Virus record (IMG/VR): IMGVR_UViG_3300042485_000398
Span: 1 to 64,000 of that record
Origin: an uncultured virus (IMG/VR IMGVR_UViG_3300042485_000398)
Lineage: Duplodnaviria; Heunggongvirae; Uroviricota; Caudoviricetes
Direction: 5' to 3' (one strand)
Length of the DNA: 64,000 bases
Shown: positions 46,614 through 56,731 of the stretch, in pieces
Numbering within the stretch: position 1 is the first letter of the stretch
How the letters are laid out: each line of letters begins with the position of its first letter
The notes under the pieces: model-generated
Database searches by the model: none
What the model saw: only the letters and a program-made list of their open reading frames with translations
Told to the model about the DNA's origin: nothing
Made by a program: the position numbers and the translations under genes

Positions 46614-48595
46614 TAGTTTAATAGTGTCCCTGCGGCGTCATAGATATTGATACGGAAATATGCGCTTGAGTTTCCATCAAGAAGATCAGCATCAAGTCCT
46701 GAACCTGCACCATCTACTGTTTTAATTGCATCAAGCATATTCGTTGCGGTGAATGAACCACCTAGAGCTACAGATGTGCCCGCAAGAGTGATTGCACTAT
46801 TAGTCAGCGATGAGTTAGCAATATTTGAAAGAGTATTTGATGCGCCACTGATTGTTTTATTTGTTAAGGTATTGGTAGAAGATATAGTTGGAACAACCAC
46901 ACCCTCAACAGCAAGAACACCCGCAGATGAACGTGTTAAAGTAGTATCAGTAGCGTGTCCTAATTCAATACTACCAACACCTAATGCAGTGGAAGTGGAA
47001 GCAGTAATACCGCTAACTGGTAGACCAGTAGCATTTGTTAATGTACCAGAAGATGGAGTGCCAAGCGCACCACCCGAATAGAGAACTGTACCACCAGCAC
47101 CGAAAGCAACTGATGAAGAATCCGTACCAGTAAATGTTAACGTGTTTGACGCTGTTAATGTTTTACCATCAGCGATTGTTAACGTGGAACTAGTTGCTGG
47201 TGCAGTAATCGCAACCTTGTTGACAGATGTAGCAGTCGCCACGCCAAGAGTCGGTGTAACAAGTGTTGGACTTGTGGCAAAAACAGCAGCACCACTACCC
47301 GTTTCATCAGTTAAGGCTGCTAGTAGTTGAGCAGAAGTGAATGATCCTAGTACCGCTGCGTTGCCTACCGATGTGATATGCCCCGTTAAGTTTGCGTTAG
47401 TTGTTACATTACCCGCAGTTAATCCAGATGCTGTGCCCGTTACATTGGTCATTACACCAGAAGCAGGAGTGCCTAATGCTGGTGTCGTTAGTGTTGGACT
47501 TGTTAGAGTCTTGTTAGTTAGAGTCTGGGTTGATGTGGTACCAACAACTGGAATGTAGTTAGTTCCGTCTACTGTAAATTCCCAAACATCGGAAGTTTCA
47601 TTCCATTGAAGAGCAACGTTAGTGGAAGTACCACGTTCGACTTCAATACCAGCATTTTGTGATGGAGTTCCCGCTTCATTACTATTTAAAGTAATGATGT
47701 TATCAGCAAGATTGATTGTTTCGGTGTTTACTGTGGTCGTAGTTCCGGAAACAGTTAGATTACCACTAACAGTTAAATCATTGAATGTAACGTTAGATCC
47801 AGTTCCAACTGCCTGGCCAATAGCAACTGCACCGTCAGTGATAGTAACACCAGTTCCAGCGCTGAAGTGAGCGCGAACATCTGACGCACTTGGACCAGTA
47901 TATGTGATCACACCAGTTGTGCTGTTATATGCTAGTGATCCATCACCACCACTATCTGTTACAGATACAGCACCACGCGCAAGAGCATCTGTATACTGTG
48001 TGATTGTTGTTGCGATAGCACCATCAGTGATAGTAACACCGGTTCCGGCGCTAAAGTGGGCGCGAACATCGGTAGCAGATGGCCCCGTATAAGTTATTAC
48101 ACCCGTAGTGGAATTGTATGCTAATGAACCATCACCACCACTATCTGTTACCGATACAGAACCTCTTGCAAGAGTATCGGTGTATTGTGTGATTGTGCTT
48201 GAAATTGCACCCGAGGTAATAGAAATACCAGTGCTTGCACTAAAGTGGGCGCGAACATCTGTTGCGCTTGGACCAGTGTAAGTAATTGCACCCGTTGTGC
48301 TATTATATGCAAGTGAACCATCACCACCGGAATCTGTTACCGATACTGCCGCTCTTGCTCTAGTATCAGTGAAATACAGATTTGTAGCACCTTCTGTAAT
48401 CTCGTCGCTGTTATCTTTAGTCTGAATTGCTGAAGTAACAAATGCTTCTGTTGCCAGAGGTTTACCACCTGCGGTAGTACCATCATGAACAACTACTGTA
48501 TCTTTTGTTGTGTCGACCGTGACTTCACCAACAGCACCTGTGAAGGTATTATGCTGGGTAGTAGTCCCTCTTCTAAGTTGTAAAATCGTTGCCAT
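46613..48595 (-). CDS. Tail fibre-like protein
   Basis: [23 protein letters not shown]-terminus, 63-aa repeats, [11 protein letters not shown] motif. Confidence 0.8.
   Translation of the reverse strand: MATILQLRRGTTTQHNTFTGAVGEVTVDTTKDTVVVHDGTTAGGKPLATEAFVTSAIQTKDNSDEITEGATNLYFTDTRARAAVSVTDSGGDGSLAYNSTTGAITYTGPSATDVRAHFSASTGISITSGAISSTITQYTDTLARGSVSVTDSGGDGSLAYNSTTGVITYTGPSATDVRAHFSAGTGVTITDGAIATTITQYTDALARGAVSVTDSGGDGSLAYNSTTGVITYTGPSASDVRAHFSAGTGVTITDGAVAIGQAVGTGSNVTFNDLTVSGNLTVSGTTTTVNTETINLADNIITLNSNEAGTPSQNAGIEVERGTSTNVALQWNETSDVWEFTVDGTNYIPVVGTTSTQTLTNKTLTSPTLTTPALGTPASGVMTNVTGTASGLTAGNVTTNANLTGHITSVGNAAVLGSFTSAQLLAALTDETGSGAAVFATSPTLVTPTLGVATATSVNKVAITAPATSSTLTIADGKTLTASNTLTFTGTDSSSVAFGAGGTVLYSGGALGTPSSGTLTNATGLPVSGITASTSTALGVGSIELGHATDTTLTRSSAGVLAVEGVVVPTISSTNTLTNKTISGASNTLSNIANSSLTNSAITLAGTSVALGGSFTATNMLDAIKTVDGAGSGLDADLLDGNSSAYFRINIYDAAGTLLN
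47822..48373 (-). repeat. Three tandem 189-bp (63-aa) repeats in the fibre gene
   Basis: [35 protein letters not shown] x3 at 189-nt spacing. Confidence 0.9.
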
Positions 48596-48618
48596 TTGTA
48601 TCTCCTAGTCCACCCTTT

Positions 48619-48825
48619 TTAGGTAGTATATGTTCCACCATCAAGAATGGCACCGTCTTTTATGTTTGCTAGAGTAGTTTTTAACAACTCATGTCCACCA
48701 GCAGTTGATCCGTCATGCACTCTTATAGAATTGTTTGTAGTGTCTACGGTGATTTCTGCTTCTGCACCAGTAAAGGTATTGTGTTGAGTTGAAGTACCTC
48801 TTCTCAGTTTAACTCGTGCAGCCAT
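48619..48825 (-). CDS. Small Mtd-N-like fibre-associated protein
   Basis: [33 protein letters not shown], a paralog of the 46613 N-terminus; ends LDGGTYTT. Confidence 0.7.
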   Translation of the reverse strand: MAARVKLRRGTSTQHNTFTGAEAEITVDTTNNSIRVHDGSTAGGHELLKTTLANIKDGAILDGGTYTT

Positions 48826-49175
48826 CAGATACTCCCGTAATCAATTGAGTTATACGCAAAAACATTATCGGTAATTAACCCGTAATCTAAATCTGCGTTT
48901 TGATTTAGGCGAACGACCGCGACACCTGGAGTGGTTGTGGTATCAACAGCGAAATCGCCGAAAACGGTGTCCGCGAATGAAATTGTTGCCACTCCCGTGT
49001 TCGCTCCACCATCATTAACTTCAACTCCACCGAGAGTAACAACAGTACCATCAGTTTTTTTCGAGAAAATTTTCTTGTCTGTTAAATTTACCGCAAGTTC
49101 GCCTATTGCCAGATCGGCACCAGTTGGGGCCGCGCCCCCGGTTTCATTTCTTTTGATTTGAACTACTGTTGCCAT
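48825..49175 (-). CDS. Small fibre-associated protein
   Basis: VQIKRN..GELAVNLTD module, a paralog of 46371; ends IDYGSI. Confidence 0.7.
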   Translation of the reverse strand: MATVVQIKRNETGGAAPTGADLAIGELAVNLTDKKIFSKKTDGTVVTLGGVEVNDGGANTGVATISFADTVFGDFAVDTTTTPGVAVVRLNQNADLDYGLITDNVFAYNSIDYGSI

Positions 49176-49184
49176 TCATCAATC

Positions 49185-49421
49185 CTATCCGTCTTTTGTA
49201 AAGTTCGATTCTTCCCAGTCGGACTTAGCGGCTTTCTTTACAGGTGTAGCAGTTGCAAGATTTAATGCCTCTTCTAATTCCTGTACCTTGGCTGTCAATT
49301 CAGCCATCGTCTCGTTTGCTAAATTTAACTGGGTCTTTACCATGATATTATCAAGAGTAATTGTTTTAAGTTGTTCGGCCAGATTATTAATATACGAATT
49401 GATAAACTTAGTTTGATCCAT
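49185..49421 (-). CDS. Small coiled-coil protein (possible fibre chaperone)
   Basis: MDQTKFINSYINNLAEQLK heptad pattern; SD GGAGA. Confidence 0.6.
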   Translation of the reverse strand: MDQTKFINSYINNLAEQLKTITLDNIMVKTQLNLANETMAELTAKVQELEEALNLATATPVKKAAKSDWEESNFTKDG

Positions 49422-49476
49422 TATGTATCTCCACAGAGTTGGGGTGGGACAATCCCACCCCATTCTCATCTATTTA

Positions 49477-51168
49477 TTAGTATGTTCCACCGTCGATATT
49501 ACCGAACGAAGGAGCAGCACCTGAACCACCGGATAGAAGAACTTGGCCTGCAGTTCCAGCAGCCGTAACACCGAGTGCAGAAGTGCCGTTACCGAACATA
49601 ACGCCGTTAGCAGTAAACGTTGCCGCACCAGTACCACCGTTTGGAACAGTGATTGCCGAAGCAAGCGAAGCAATAGTTCCGCCTTCGAGGTTAGCAACAA
49701 GAGTAGCAATGGTATAACCAGTTGCCGCTGTGTTAACAGTTGTTGTTGGAGCAGCTTGTGAGTCCTTGAAGAGTCTCCACTTACCGTCTGAAGCATCACG
49801 GAAGATACCTGAGTAAAGGTCTAGCGAACCGCTGGTATCATACATACCGAACAGACCGATGTCAACTGCGTCGGTTGCATTGTTGTCGTTACCAACGAAT
49901 ACGAGAGGATCGGTAACAGTTAGAGTTGTCGAGTTAACAGTAGTTGTTGTTCCCGAAACTGTTAGGTTTCCTGCAACAGTAACGTTAGCACCCGAAAGTG
50001 TAAGAGCAGTAGTTCCGTCAGATGCCTTAATGTCATTTCCGCCGATCTTAAGATCGCCAGCAACAGTAACGTCAGCGCCGTCAAGTGTCAGAGCAGTAGC
50101 AGTAGATGACTTAATGTCATTACCAGTTACAGTAAGATCGCCAGCAATAGCAACGTTTGCAGCATCAAGCGTAATAGCAGTAGCAGAAGATGACTTAATG
50201 TCATTTCCAGTAACTGTCAGGTCGCCAGCAACGGCAACATCTGCACCCGAAAGAGTGATAGAAGTTGTTCCGCCAGATGCCTTGATGTCGTTACCACCAA
50301 CTGTTAGGTCACCAACAAGAACAACGTTGTCTGTAAGAGCAACAGTTACGCCAGCATCTTCAGAACCTGAACCTGTGATAGCAACTTGGTTTGCAGTTCC
50401 AGAAACAGTAGCAACATAGTTACCAGTTGTGTCAGTTCCAAGAGCAACCGAGTTAGCAGCAATCGAGGCAACACCGGATTCACTGATTGTAATATCGCCA
50501 GAAACGGCAGCATAGATGTAATCGCCAATATCTTCAGCAGTAATCTTCTTGTTTGCAGTTGCCGAAGCATCATAAACAAGGAACTCGTCCGCATCAGCAA
50601 GTGATGTCAGAGCAGTAGCACCAGTAATATCAGCAACGATACCAACTGTATTGTCTGTAATGGTTGTCTTGATACCAGCAGTACCAGCAAAAGTCAGCGT
50701 TCCGCCTGTCGCGAACGAATCAGTATTAGGAACTCCTTGGTTGTCGCTGATTGTGAATGATGACGAAGCAGGAGAAGCGAATGCGAGTTGACCTGAACCG
50801 TTTGTGGTAAGGATCTGACCATCTGTACCGTCTGCGGTTGGAAGGATCAGAGTAAGGTCAGCGGCAAGTGTATCAGCCGCCTTCAGAGTTACTTTGTTGG
50901 AACCATTATTTGTTCCTTCAGCAAAGGTTGCTTTGCCACCAACTGTTGCAGTTGCATCCACAAGACGGGCATCAACCTTGTCTGTGAAATACTTACCACC
51001 AACAGCATGAATTGCGGCAGTTCCGCCTTGCACTGACTCGATGTATAGTTTCGCACCTACGCCGCTATTGCTGGCGTCCTGTGCATAGGCCATTTCGCCT
51101 TCTAGGAGATCAGTGGTTGCAGGAGCAGTTACGCCTGAACTTCTTTTAATTTGAATAATTGTTGACAT
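49477..51168 (-). CDS. Tail fibre-like protein
   Basis: IQIKRSSG..GEMAY N-terminus, 28-29-aa repeats, ends IDGGTY. Confidence 0.8.
   Translation of the reverse strand: MSTIIQIKRSSGVTAPATTDLLEGEMAYAQDASNSGVGAKLYIESVQGGTAAIHAVGGKYFTDKVDARLVDATATVGGKATFAEGTNNGSNKVTLKAADTLAADLTLILPTADGTDGQILTTNGSGQLAFASPASSSFTISDNQGVPNTDSFATGGTLTFAGTAGIKTTITDNTVGIVADITGATALTSLADADEFLVYDASATANKKITAEDIGDYIYAAVSGDITISESGVASIAANSVALGTDTTGNYVATVSGTANQVAITGSGSEDAGVTVALTDNVVLVGDLTVGGNDIKASGGTTSITLSGADVAVAGDLTVTGNDIKSSSATAITLDAANVAIAGDLTVTGNDIKSSTATALTLDGADVTVAGDLKIGGNDIKASDGTTALTLSGANVTVAGNLTVSGTTTTVNSTTLTVTDPLVFVGNDNNATDAVDIGLFGMYDTSGSLDLYSGIFRDASDGKWRLFKDSQAAPTTTVNTAATGYTIATLVANLEGGTIASLASAITVPNGGTGAATFTANGVMFGNGTSALGVTAAGTAGQVLLSGGSGAAPSFGNIDGGTY
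49950..50325 (-). repeat. Four tandem 28-29-aa repeats (GDLTV.GNDIK.S...A.TL.GA.V)
   Basis: Visible in both the translation and the DNA. Confidence 0.85.
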
Positions 51169-51203
51169 TTTAGACTATTCCTTTTTGGTTATTGTCTTTA
51201 TTA

Positions 51204-51419
51204 TTAATACGTTCCGCCATCAATTGACGAAGGTGCAACGGTGGTGGAAGGATCTACTGCTTCCCATTTTAGTGTCTCTGAGTTATAAATCAATGTATAT
51301 CCATCCTGTAATCCTGCTGCGTCAACATTCGCCAAAGTCTCCACCTTTTGTGAACCGCGGCCGCTAACTATACTCGTATTTATAGTTTTAGAATTTGGAA
51401 CGGTTACTTTTATAGCCAT
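51204..51419 (-). CDS. Small fibre-associated protein
   Basis: LANVD..DGYTLIYNSETLKW; ends IDGGTY. Confidence 0.65.
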   Translation of the reverse strand: MAIKVTVPNSKTINTSIVSGRGSQKVETLANVDAAGLQDGYTLIYNSETLKWEAVDPSTTVAPSSIDGGTY

Positions 51420-51748
51420 TATTTTGTTACCTCTGGATTAACTACTACAATTCCTTCGAGAACTCTGATAGTTTCTTCATCACTCACCACTTCAATATCG
51501 TAAACATATCTTCCTGCTTTAATTTCGGAAGTTTCTTCTGCCGTCAAAGATATAGTTACTTCTCCATCTAAGGGAGAAGTAATAGCGGCGGTAAAATCTA
51601 TTGCGGTGTTTGTATAAAAAGACTTGCGCATCTGAGATGCGGCAGTATAATCAGAGAGATCCTTCGCATCTCCGTATTGATCACTGACTTCTATAGCAAA
51701 ACTAAAGGTCGTTCCTTGATCAATATAAATATTTTGAACCTGCGCCAT
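51419..51748 (-). CDS. Virion adaptor-like protein (BppU-like by eye)
   Basis: NIYIDQGTTF, GEVTISLTAEET and GRYVYDIE..RVLEG.V.V.P.VT pattern common in T4-like fibre regions. Confidence 0.6.
   Translation of the reverse strand: MAQVQNIYIDQGTTFSFAIEVSDQYGDAKDLSDYTAASQMRKSFYTNTAIDFTAAITSPLDGEVTISLTAEETSEIKAGRYVYDIEVVSDEETIRVLEGIVVVNPEVTK
51724..51731 (+). promoter_or_regulatory. Late promoter TATAAATA for the plus-strand cassette
   Basis: Exact consensus 67 nt upstream of the ATG at 51798; near-match TATAAATG at 51758. Confidence 0.6.
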
Positions 51749-51775
51749 AAGAACCCTTATAAATGTATTTGAACT

Positions 51776-51783
51776 TATTTATA
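51776..51783 (-). promoter_or_regulatory. Late promoter TATAAATA for the fibre operon
   Basis: Exact consensus upstream of the ATG at 51748. Confidence 0.75.
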
Positions 51784-51797
51784 ATTTTAGGTGAACT

Positions 51798-52475
51798 ATG
51801 AAAACGATATTGATGCTAAAATATGGCACAAAATATTCCAAAGAAGATGTAGATCGTATCATCGAAGCCACTGGTGGCAAGTATAATTACGCCTGTATAA
51901 CCGACGATACTACCCTCGATCCCAGAGTTAAAATAATTCCATTACCAGAAGATGTTGACGGGACTTTCATTAAAATATGGATGTATGGTCTTGAAGACTT
52001 GGGTGATGTTCTTTACTTCGACCTTGATATTAGAATACAAAAAGATGTCGATAATTTATGGAATTATCTTGACGAACGCCCAACTATATGCTATACTTAT
52101 TGGAAGGATATAAGTTGGGTAGATAAAAAAGCGAGTTCTTACAGCGAACAATACTTGAGTAATTATAATTCTAGTGCTGTCCTATGGCGCTCTGGTAGTT
52201 CAAAAGCCAAAGAGATTTGGGAACATTTTGAAAAGGACATGGACTATTATATGATTAAGTATTGGGGCGACGATAGATTTTTATGGCATGAGAAGTTTGA
52301 TTTTAAGTGGTTTCCAAAAGGCGAGTTTTATTCTTTTCTCTATGGTGCAGACTACTACGACCCAGAGAAGAGAATTGTAGACAGATACCGACCAGAGTAT
52401 ACAGTATGTTTACTCAATGGTTTAGATTATTTTCCAGGATATGATAAAAAATATGATGAACTTTCTAACAATTAA
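51798..52475 (+). CDS. GT-A glycosyltransferase-like protein, paralog 1
   Basis: KYGTKYS, CITD, YFDLD (DxD), YNSS and GDDRF motifs. Confidence 0.72.
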   Translation: MKTILMLKYGTKYSKEDVDRIIEATGGKYNYACITDDTTLDPRVKIIPLPEDVDGTFIKIWMYGLEDLGDVLYFDLDIRIQKDVDNLWNYLDERPTICYTYWKDISWVDKKASSYSEQYLSNYNSSAVLWRSGSSKAKEIWEHFEKDMDYYMIKYWGDDRFLWHEKFDFKWFPKGEFYSFLYGADYYDPEKRIVDRYRPEYTVCLLNGLDYFPGYDKKYDELSNN

Positions 52476-53223
52476 ATGGGGTGACAAATATTCTGAAAAG
52501 TATGTGAACAATCTTTACAAAATGGTAAAGAAGCACTACACTAAAGATTTCAGATTTATTTGTTATACCGATGATGTAAAAAAGATTAATAAGAATATTG
52601 AAGTCGTTCCTATTCCAGATGACGATCTCCTGCATCCTAAATATTATTACGGTAAAGAAGAATACTGTTTCGATAGGGCAAAATTTCTAGTCTTCAATTC
52701 AGAAGAATGGATAGACTGTGAATATGAAGATCGATTCTGTTACTTAGATTTGGATGTGGTAATTCAAAATAACATTGATGAAATAGATGATCTGGCCAAG
52801 AAGCCTAGAATTGCACATAGTTTATGGCAACCAGATGGTCAACTGGACGAAAGATTCTTCATTGAAACTCGGGGCACATACTACAATTCCAGTATGATGT
52901 TGTGGTCATACGGCCAGTGCCAGCATATATATTATGACGTTTGGGAAGAAAGCGAAATCATTTTCAAAACTTTCTTTAAGGGAACAGACAACTACCATTT
53001 CTGGAGACAAAGAGACTTCTGGAAAAACATTCCAGATCATTGGTTATATTCTTGGAATAGAGGAAGATATCATCCCGGCGACACAGATCGTTTCAAGTTT
53101 AGGGATGATGCTAAAATCTGCCTGTTCAATACAGATAACGTACCTCATCCCTCTACGAAAGATCACGTAGAATTGGCAGAGTGTAAGGATAAAAATATTA
53201 TTAGATTGTGGAACGCAAAATGA
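52453..53223 (+). CDS. GT-A glycosyltransferase-like protein, paralog 2
   Basis: KWGDKYS, CYTD, YLDLDVVI, YNSSMM and GTDNY motifs. Confidence 0.75.
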   Translation: MMNFLTIKWGDKYSEKYVNNLYKMVKKHYTKDFRFICYTDDVKKINKNIEVVPIPDDDLLHPKYYYGKEEYCFDRAKFLVFNSEEWIDCEYEDRFCYLDLDVVIQNNIDEIDDLAKKPRIAHSLWQPDGQLDERFFIETRGTYYNSSMMLWSYGQCQHIYYDVWEESEIIFKTFFKGTDNYHFWRQRDFWKNIPDHWLYSWNRGRYHPGDTDRFKFRDDAKICLFNTDNVPHPSTKDHVELAECKDKNIIRLWNAK

Positions 53224-54044
53224 AAATACGAGTAAATTACGTTTGTTGTAAATGGGGCACCAAATACGATGCTGAGTTTGTCAATCGTCTTTATAGGATG
53301 GCAAAGAAGCATACTCCAGATAATTTTGAGTTCCATTTCTATTGCTATACCGATAATAGCGAAGGATTTGACGAAGAGATTAAAGTCATCGACTTTCCAG
53401 ACATTCCCGACATTCATCCCAAATACTGGTTCGGTTCAGAGGATTTCAAATACGGTATGGCACGTTGTTGGGACAGGCCAAAGACGTTCATCTTCAATAC
53501 ACACAACTTCGCAGACGATAAACCCACTGGAAGATTTGTCTTTTTCGACCTTGATGTTATCATACAAAATGATTTGTCGCCAATCATCACTTATGACCTA
53601 GAGAATCCCACCAAGTTGCGTTCATGGTGGCAAGACCCTCGCCCCATGAAGTCTCGTAACTTTAAGTTGTCACATGGTGCATATACTAATGGTAGTTGCA
53701 TGGTGTGGTCAGATGATCAGACCGAATGTATTTGGCAGGATGTCCTAGAACATCAAGAGCGTATTTGGTTTACCTTTACAGACGGCACAGATAATTATCA
53801 CAGTTGGCGATGGGGCGACTTTAGTAATACTCCTCTATGGAAACATTTTCCTAATACCTTTGCATACTCATACAATAGAGGTCGAGACTGGCAAGAAGGT
53901 GATTTAGAAGTCGCTAAATATAGAAAAGACTGCATTCTTTGTGTATTCAACGTGGACTTATTGCCGTTTCAAGACAATCACAGAGGTAAAGTAAAACAAG
54001 AAACGCTCGTTGATCCAGACTTATTAGAACATTGGAATATTTAA
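53220..54044 (+). CDS. GT-A glycosyltransferase-like protein, paralog 3
   Basis: KWGTKYD, CYTD, FFDLDVII, NGSCM and GTDNY motifs. Confidence 0.75.
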   Translation: MKIRVNYVCCKWGTKYDAEFVNRLYRMAKKHTPDNFEFHFYCYTDNSEGFDEEIKVIDFPDIPDIHPKYWFGSEDFKYGMARCWDRPKTFIFNTHNFADDKPTGRFVFFDLDVIIQNDLSPIITYDLENPTKLRSWWQDPRPMKSRNFKLSHGAYTNGSCMVWSDDQTECIWQDVLEHQERIWFTFTDGTDNYHSWRWGDFSNTPLWKHFPNTFAYSYNRGRDWQEGDLEVAKYRKDCILCVFNVDLLPFQDNHRGKVKQETLVDPDLLEHWNI

Positions 54045-54727
54045 TGATTGATATCTACACAGTGAAATGGGGATACAAATATGGTCCTGAGTATGTCAAT
54101 AAATTGTTCGAGCAGTGTAAGGAGCATATTACGGGTGAGTTTGAATTTCACTGCATAACGGAACATGAAGTGGGATTGAACCCAGAAATAATCATTGTTC
54201 CTTTGCCTACAGACAACTATTATGAGAAGTGGTGGAACAAGTTATATTTGTTTGATCGACATTTTATTCGTAAACAGGGTGAGAAATTATTCTTTGATTT
54301 GGATATTGACATTCAACAAAACATCGATTGTATCGTTGAACATGATCCAGAAGATAAACTTACTTTCATTCGAACTCATTGGCACAACCTAAACAAAATG
54401 AAAATCGATACTAAAGATATTCCTCATAAGTATACAGACTTGAATTCAAGTGTGTTAAGATGGAATGACAAATTAGATGTTGATAAAATCACCAAGTTCG
54501 TTAGAGATTACCCTGACCAGATGTTTTATTATTATCGGGGTCTCGATAACATGTTCGGTCATCAAAGAGAACGTCTTTTAAAAATAGACTATTTTCCAGA
54601 CGGCTGGGTATACAGTTATAATTATGGGTATATGTGGCCTGCCGATACTAGAGAACAAGTTCTCAGAGAACAGCCACTAATTTGTTTGTATGATTCAATG
54701 GAAAGACCACAAGATGCTAAACTATAA
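54044..54727 (+). CDS. GT-A glycosyltransferase-like protein, paralog 4
   Basis: KWGYKYG, CITE, WWNKLYLF, FFDLDIDI, LNSSV and GLDNM motifs. Confidence 0.75.
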   Translation: MIDIYTVKWGYKYGPEYVNKLFEQCKEHITGEFEFHCITEHEVGLNPEIIIVPLPTDNYYEKWWNKLYLFDRHFIRKQGEKLFFDLDIDIQQNIDCIVEHDPEDKLTFIRTHWHNLNKMKIDTKDIPHKYTDLNSSVLRWNDKLDVDKITKFVRDYPDQMFYYYRGLDNMFGHQRERLLKIDYFPDGWVYSYNYGYMWPADTREQVLREQPLICLYDSMERPQDAKL

Positions 54728-55370
54728 TTTTTTGAATAATTACCGTAATTGGGGTGAAGGTCTAGAAAAGATCAGCCATGAAATGCCATGGAAGCATGAA
54801 GATTTTCGTAAGTCTTTAAATCCTAATACGATGGATGCCGCCATTTGGTTAGTTGAAGAACTGAAAAAACATGTTGACTTTACCAAAAAACTTGATATAA
54901 CAATTCTAAACTCTTGGCTAGGATTTCCTCTTGTTCCACTGCTATGCGAAAATCTAAGTGTAAAGAAGTTGAACCTAATTGATATTGATAAAGATGCCTT
55001 AGAACTATCTAAGGTTTTCAATAAGTATTATACAGAAAAAGATATCGAACTCAGCCACCTTAATTGGGATGTACCCTTTGCATACCACGATATCAATTCG
55101 CTAAACACAGATGTGGTAATTTCACTTGGTTGTGAAACCATGTACCCTTTGAAGAATATGACTACTGCAAATTCAGATTGTATTTTTGCGTGTCAATCAT
55201 CTAATGTGTTTCGCGAAATGTATGGCATCAATTGTGTTCCGACCCTTGAAGATCACATAGAAAATGTCGGGGTTAAAGACGTTCTGTATAGCGGAAACAT
55301 TAATCAGTTTTATTGGTCTTGGGATGGTAAAGTAGACTTTGATAGATTTATGGTCATAGGAAGGAAGTAA
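54714..55370 (+). CDS. Class I SAM-methyltransferase-like protein (degenerate motif I)
   Basis: ITILNSWLG, LIDID, DVVISLGCETM, ACQSSN and RFMVIG patterns. Confidence 0.55.
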   Translation: MLNYNFLNNYRNWGEGLEKISHEMPWKHEDFRKSLNPNTMDAAIWLVEELKKHVDFTKKLDITILNSWLGFPLVPLLCENLSVKKLNLIDIDKDALELSKVFNKYYTEKDIELSHLNWDVPFAYHDINSLNTDVVISLGCETMYPLKNMTTANSDCIFACQSSNVFREMYGINCVPTLEDHIENVGVKDVLYSGNINQFYWSWDGKVDFDRFMVIGRK

Positions 55371-55371
55371 T

Positions 55372-56097
55372 ATGGGAAGAGCGAGAGTTGTTGCACCTCC
55401 ACCCGAGGATTATATACCAGAACCTTTAGTATCACTACCACCTCCTCCTGAAGAAATAGTTGTTGAAGAGTGGACCAATGGAAACTTCCAAGAAGAAATT
55501 ATTGAAGTTGAGATTGATGAACCTTCTCAAGAAGAACTTGATAGAGAAAAAATCGCTCAAGAAAAACATGAAGAATTACAGAGACAAAAACTTGCAGTAG
55601 AAGAAGAAACAAAAGTGGCAGCAGAAACAGTTGCTAAAGCAAAAGAGATTTTAGAAAACCCTCCTGTGAAAATTGAGACAGTAACAGAAACAGTTATAGA
55701 AACCGTTCATGTAACAGATCCAAAATTACTAGAAGAGTTGCAAGCAATTAAAGACGAAAATGAAAAACTTACCAGAGAAAAAGAAGTGGCAGAAAAGGCA
55801 AGGGAAGATCAGATTGTAAAAGCGCGACAACAGGCAACTGACAGACAAGTCACTCAGTTGAATATGGTTGAGGCAAGAAAACCTACTTTACTTAGTAAAG
55901 TAAAAGATTTCTTTCGACGCAGAAGAATCAAACTTGCTACCGTTTCTCAGGCGAACTACGAACAGGCAATTATCTACCAAGCATCGGTTGCCGTTCCAAA
56001 GATGCTAGACGAAATTGAAAAGATGCACGAAAGTTTGACTATTCTAGAAGAACTTCTAGCGAAAAACAAAGAACGTCAAAAGATTAAAGTTCGGTGA
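55372..56097 (+). CDS. Pro/Glu-rich coiled-coil hypothetical protein
   Basis: 241 aa; PPP-rich N-terminus and long E/K helical stretches; 3' end overlaps the convergent gene. Confidence 0.6.
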   Translation: MGRARVVAPPPEDYIPEPLVSLPPPPEEIVVEEWTNGNFQEEIIEVEIDEPSQEELDREKIAQEKHEELQRQKLAVEEETKVAAETVAKAKEILENPPVKIETVTETVIETVHVTDPKLLEELQAIKDENEKLTREKEVAEKAREDQIVKARQQATDRQVTQLNMVEARKPTLLSKVKDFFRRRRIKLATVSQANYEQAIIYQASVAVPKMLDEIEKMHESLTILEELLAKNKERQKIKVR

Positions 56098-56731
56098 AAT
56101 CTACACCCGTAATATCTTCAACCATTGATTTCCAGAGGTCCTCATGGGGAACGACATAACCGAGAGTGAGGCGCTTGCTTCGGCTCCCAGCACAGTGATA
56201 GAAGACCTTATCAGTCTCACTACGCCTACCGAAGTAACCGACCTTGACAGACCAACCCTTGGGGTCCCAAAGAGTGACCATTTCTTTTGTTATTGGATCT
56301 AGATACCTAAAGTAGCCGCCATTCTCTTCTGTATTATAAGAAAGAAGAATGTTGTAGCCGCTTGCATTCCAGTTTGTGTGCCAGCCCATAAATCCATTTT
56401 CTGGATAATAAACATGAACCGCATTGTTTTTGGCACCTAGAAACGAAATTAATTCACGATTGAGTTTCTGTTGCTTCTCGCGGTGAGTGGTCGGGACAGA
56501 ATCTACCATTCCGATATCACAACAGAAAGCGGTTTCTGGATACCCCTCATGTTCACCATCTTTACCGACTAACTCATTCATATACTTTTCAGAAGTGCCA
56601 GTGTCGATATCAAATCCTCGACGCCTATCTGGCTCTCTCAATTTGTCGTGGTCTGTTTGTGAGAAGAACCACTCCGCATAAGGAGTAAGAATTTCCAGAA
56701 GTTCTGGATTAATATTTTTAGAAACCTTCAT
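56084..56731 (-). CDS. Putative 2OG-Fe(II)/cupin-fold hydroxylase
   Basis: YYPENGFMGWHTN, GGYFRY, FYHCAGS and RLTLG (H..H..R arrangement). Confidence 0.6.
   Translation of the reverse strand: MKVSKNINPELLEILTPYAEWFFSQTDHDKLREPDRRRGFDIDTGTSEKYMNELVGKDGEHEGYPETAFCCDIGMVDSVPTTHREKQQKLNRELISFLGAKNNAVHVYYPENGFMGWHTNWNASGYNILLSYNTEENGGYFRYLDPITKEMVTLWDPKGWSVKVGYFGRRSETDKVFYHCAGSRSKRLTLGYVVPHEDLWKSMVEDITGVDFTEL

Noticed and set aside
46613..48825. Mtd-N-like domains suggesting a diversity-generating retroelement
   Set aside because: Only the N-terminal structural module is present; no RT or TR/VR pair was seen.
511..51367. Numerous plus-strand ORFs of 60-240 aa in the ORF track (e.g. 18979..19692, 49859..50419, 3782..4270)
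   Set aside because: They are antisense shadows of well-supported minus-strand genes, with no SD or recognisable motifs.
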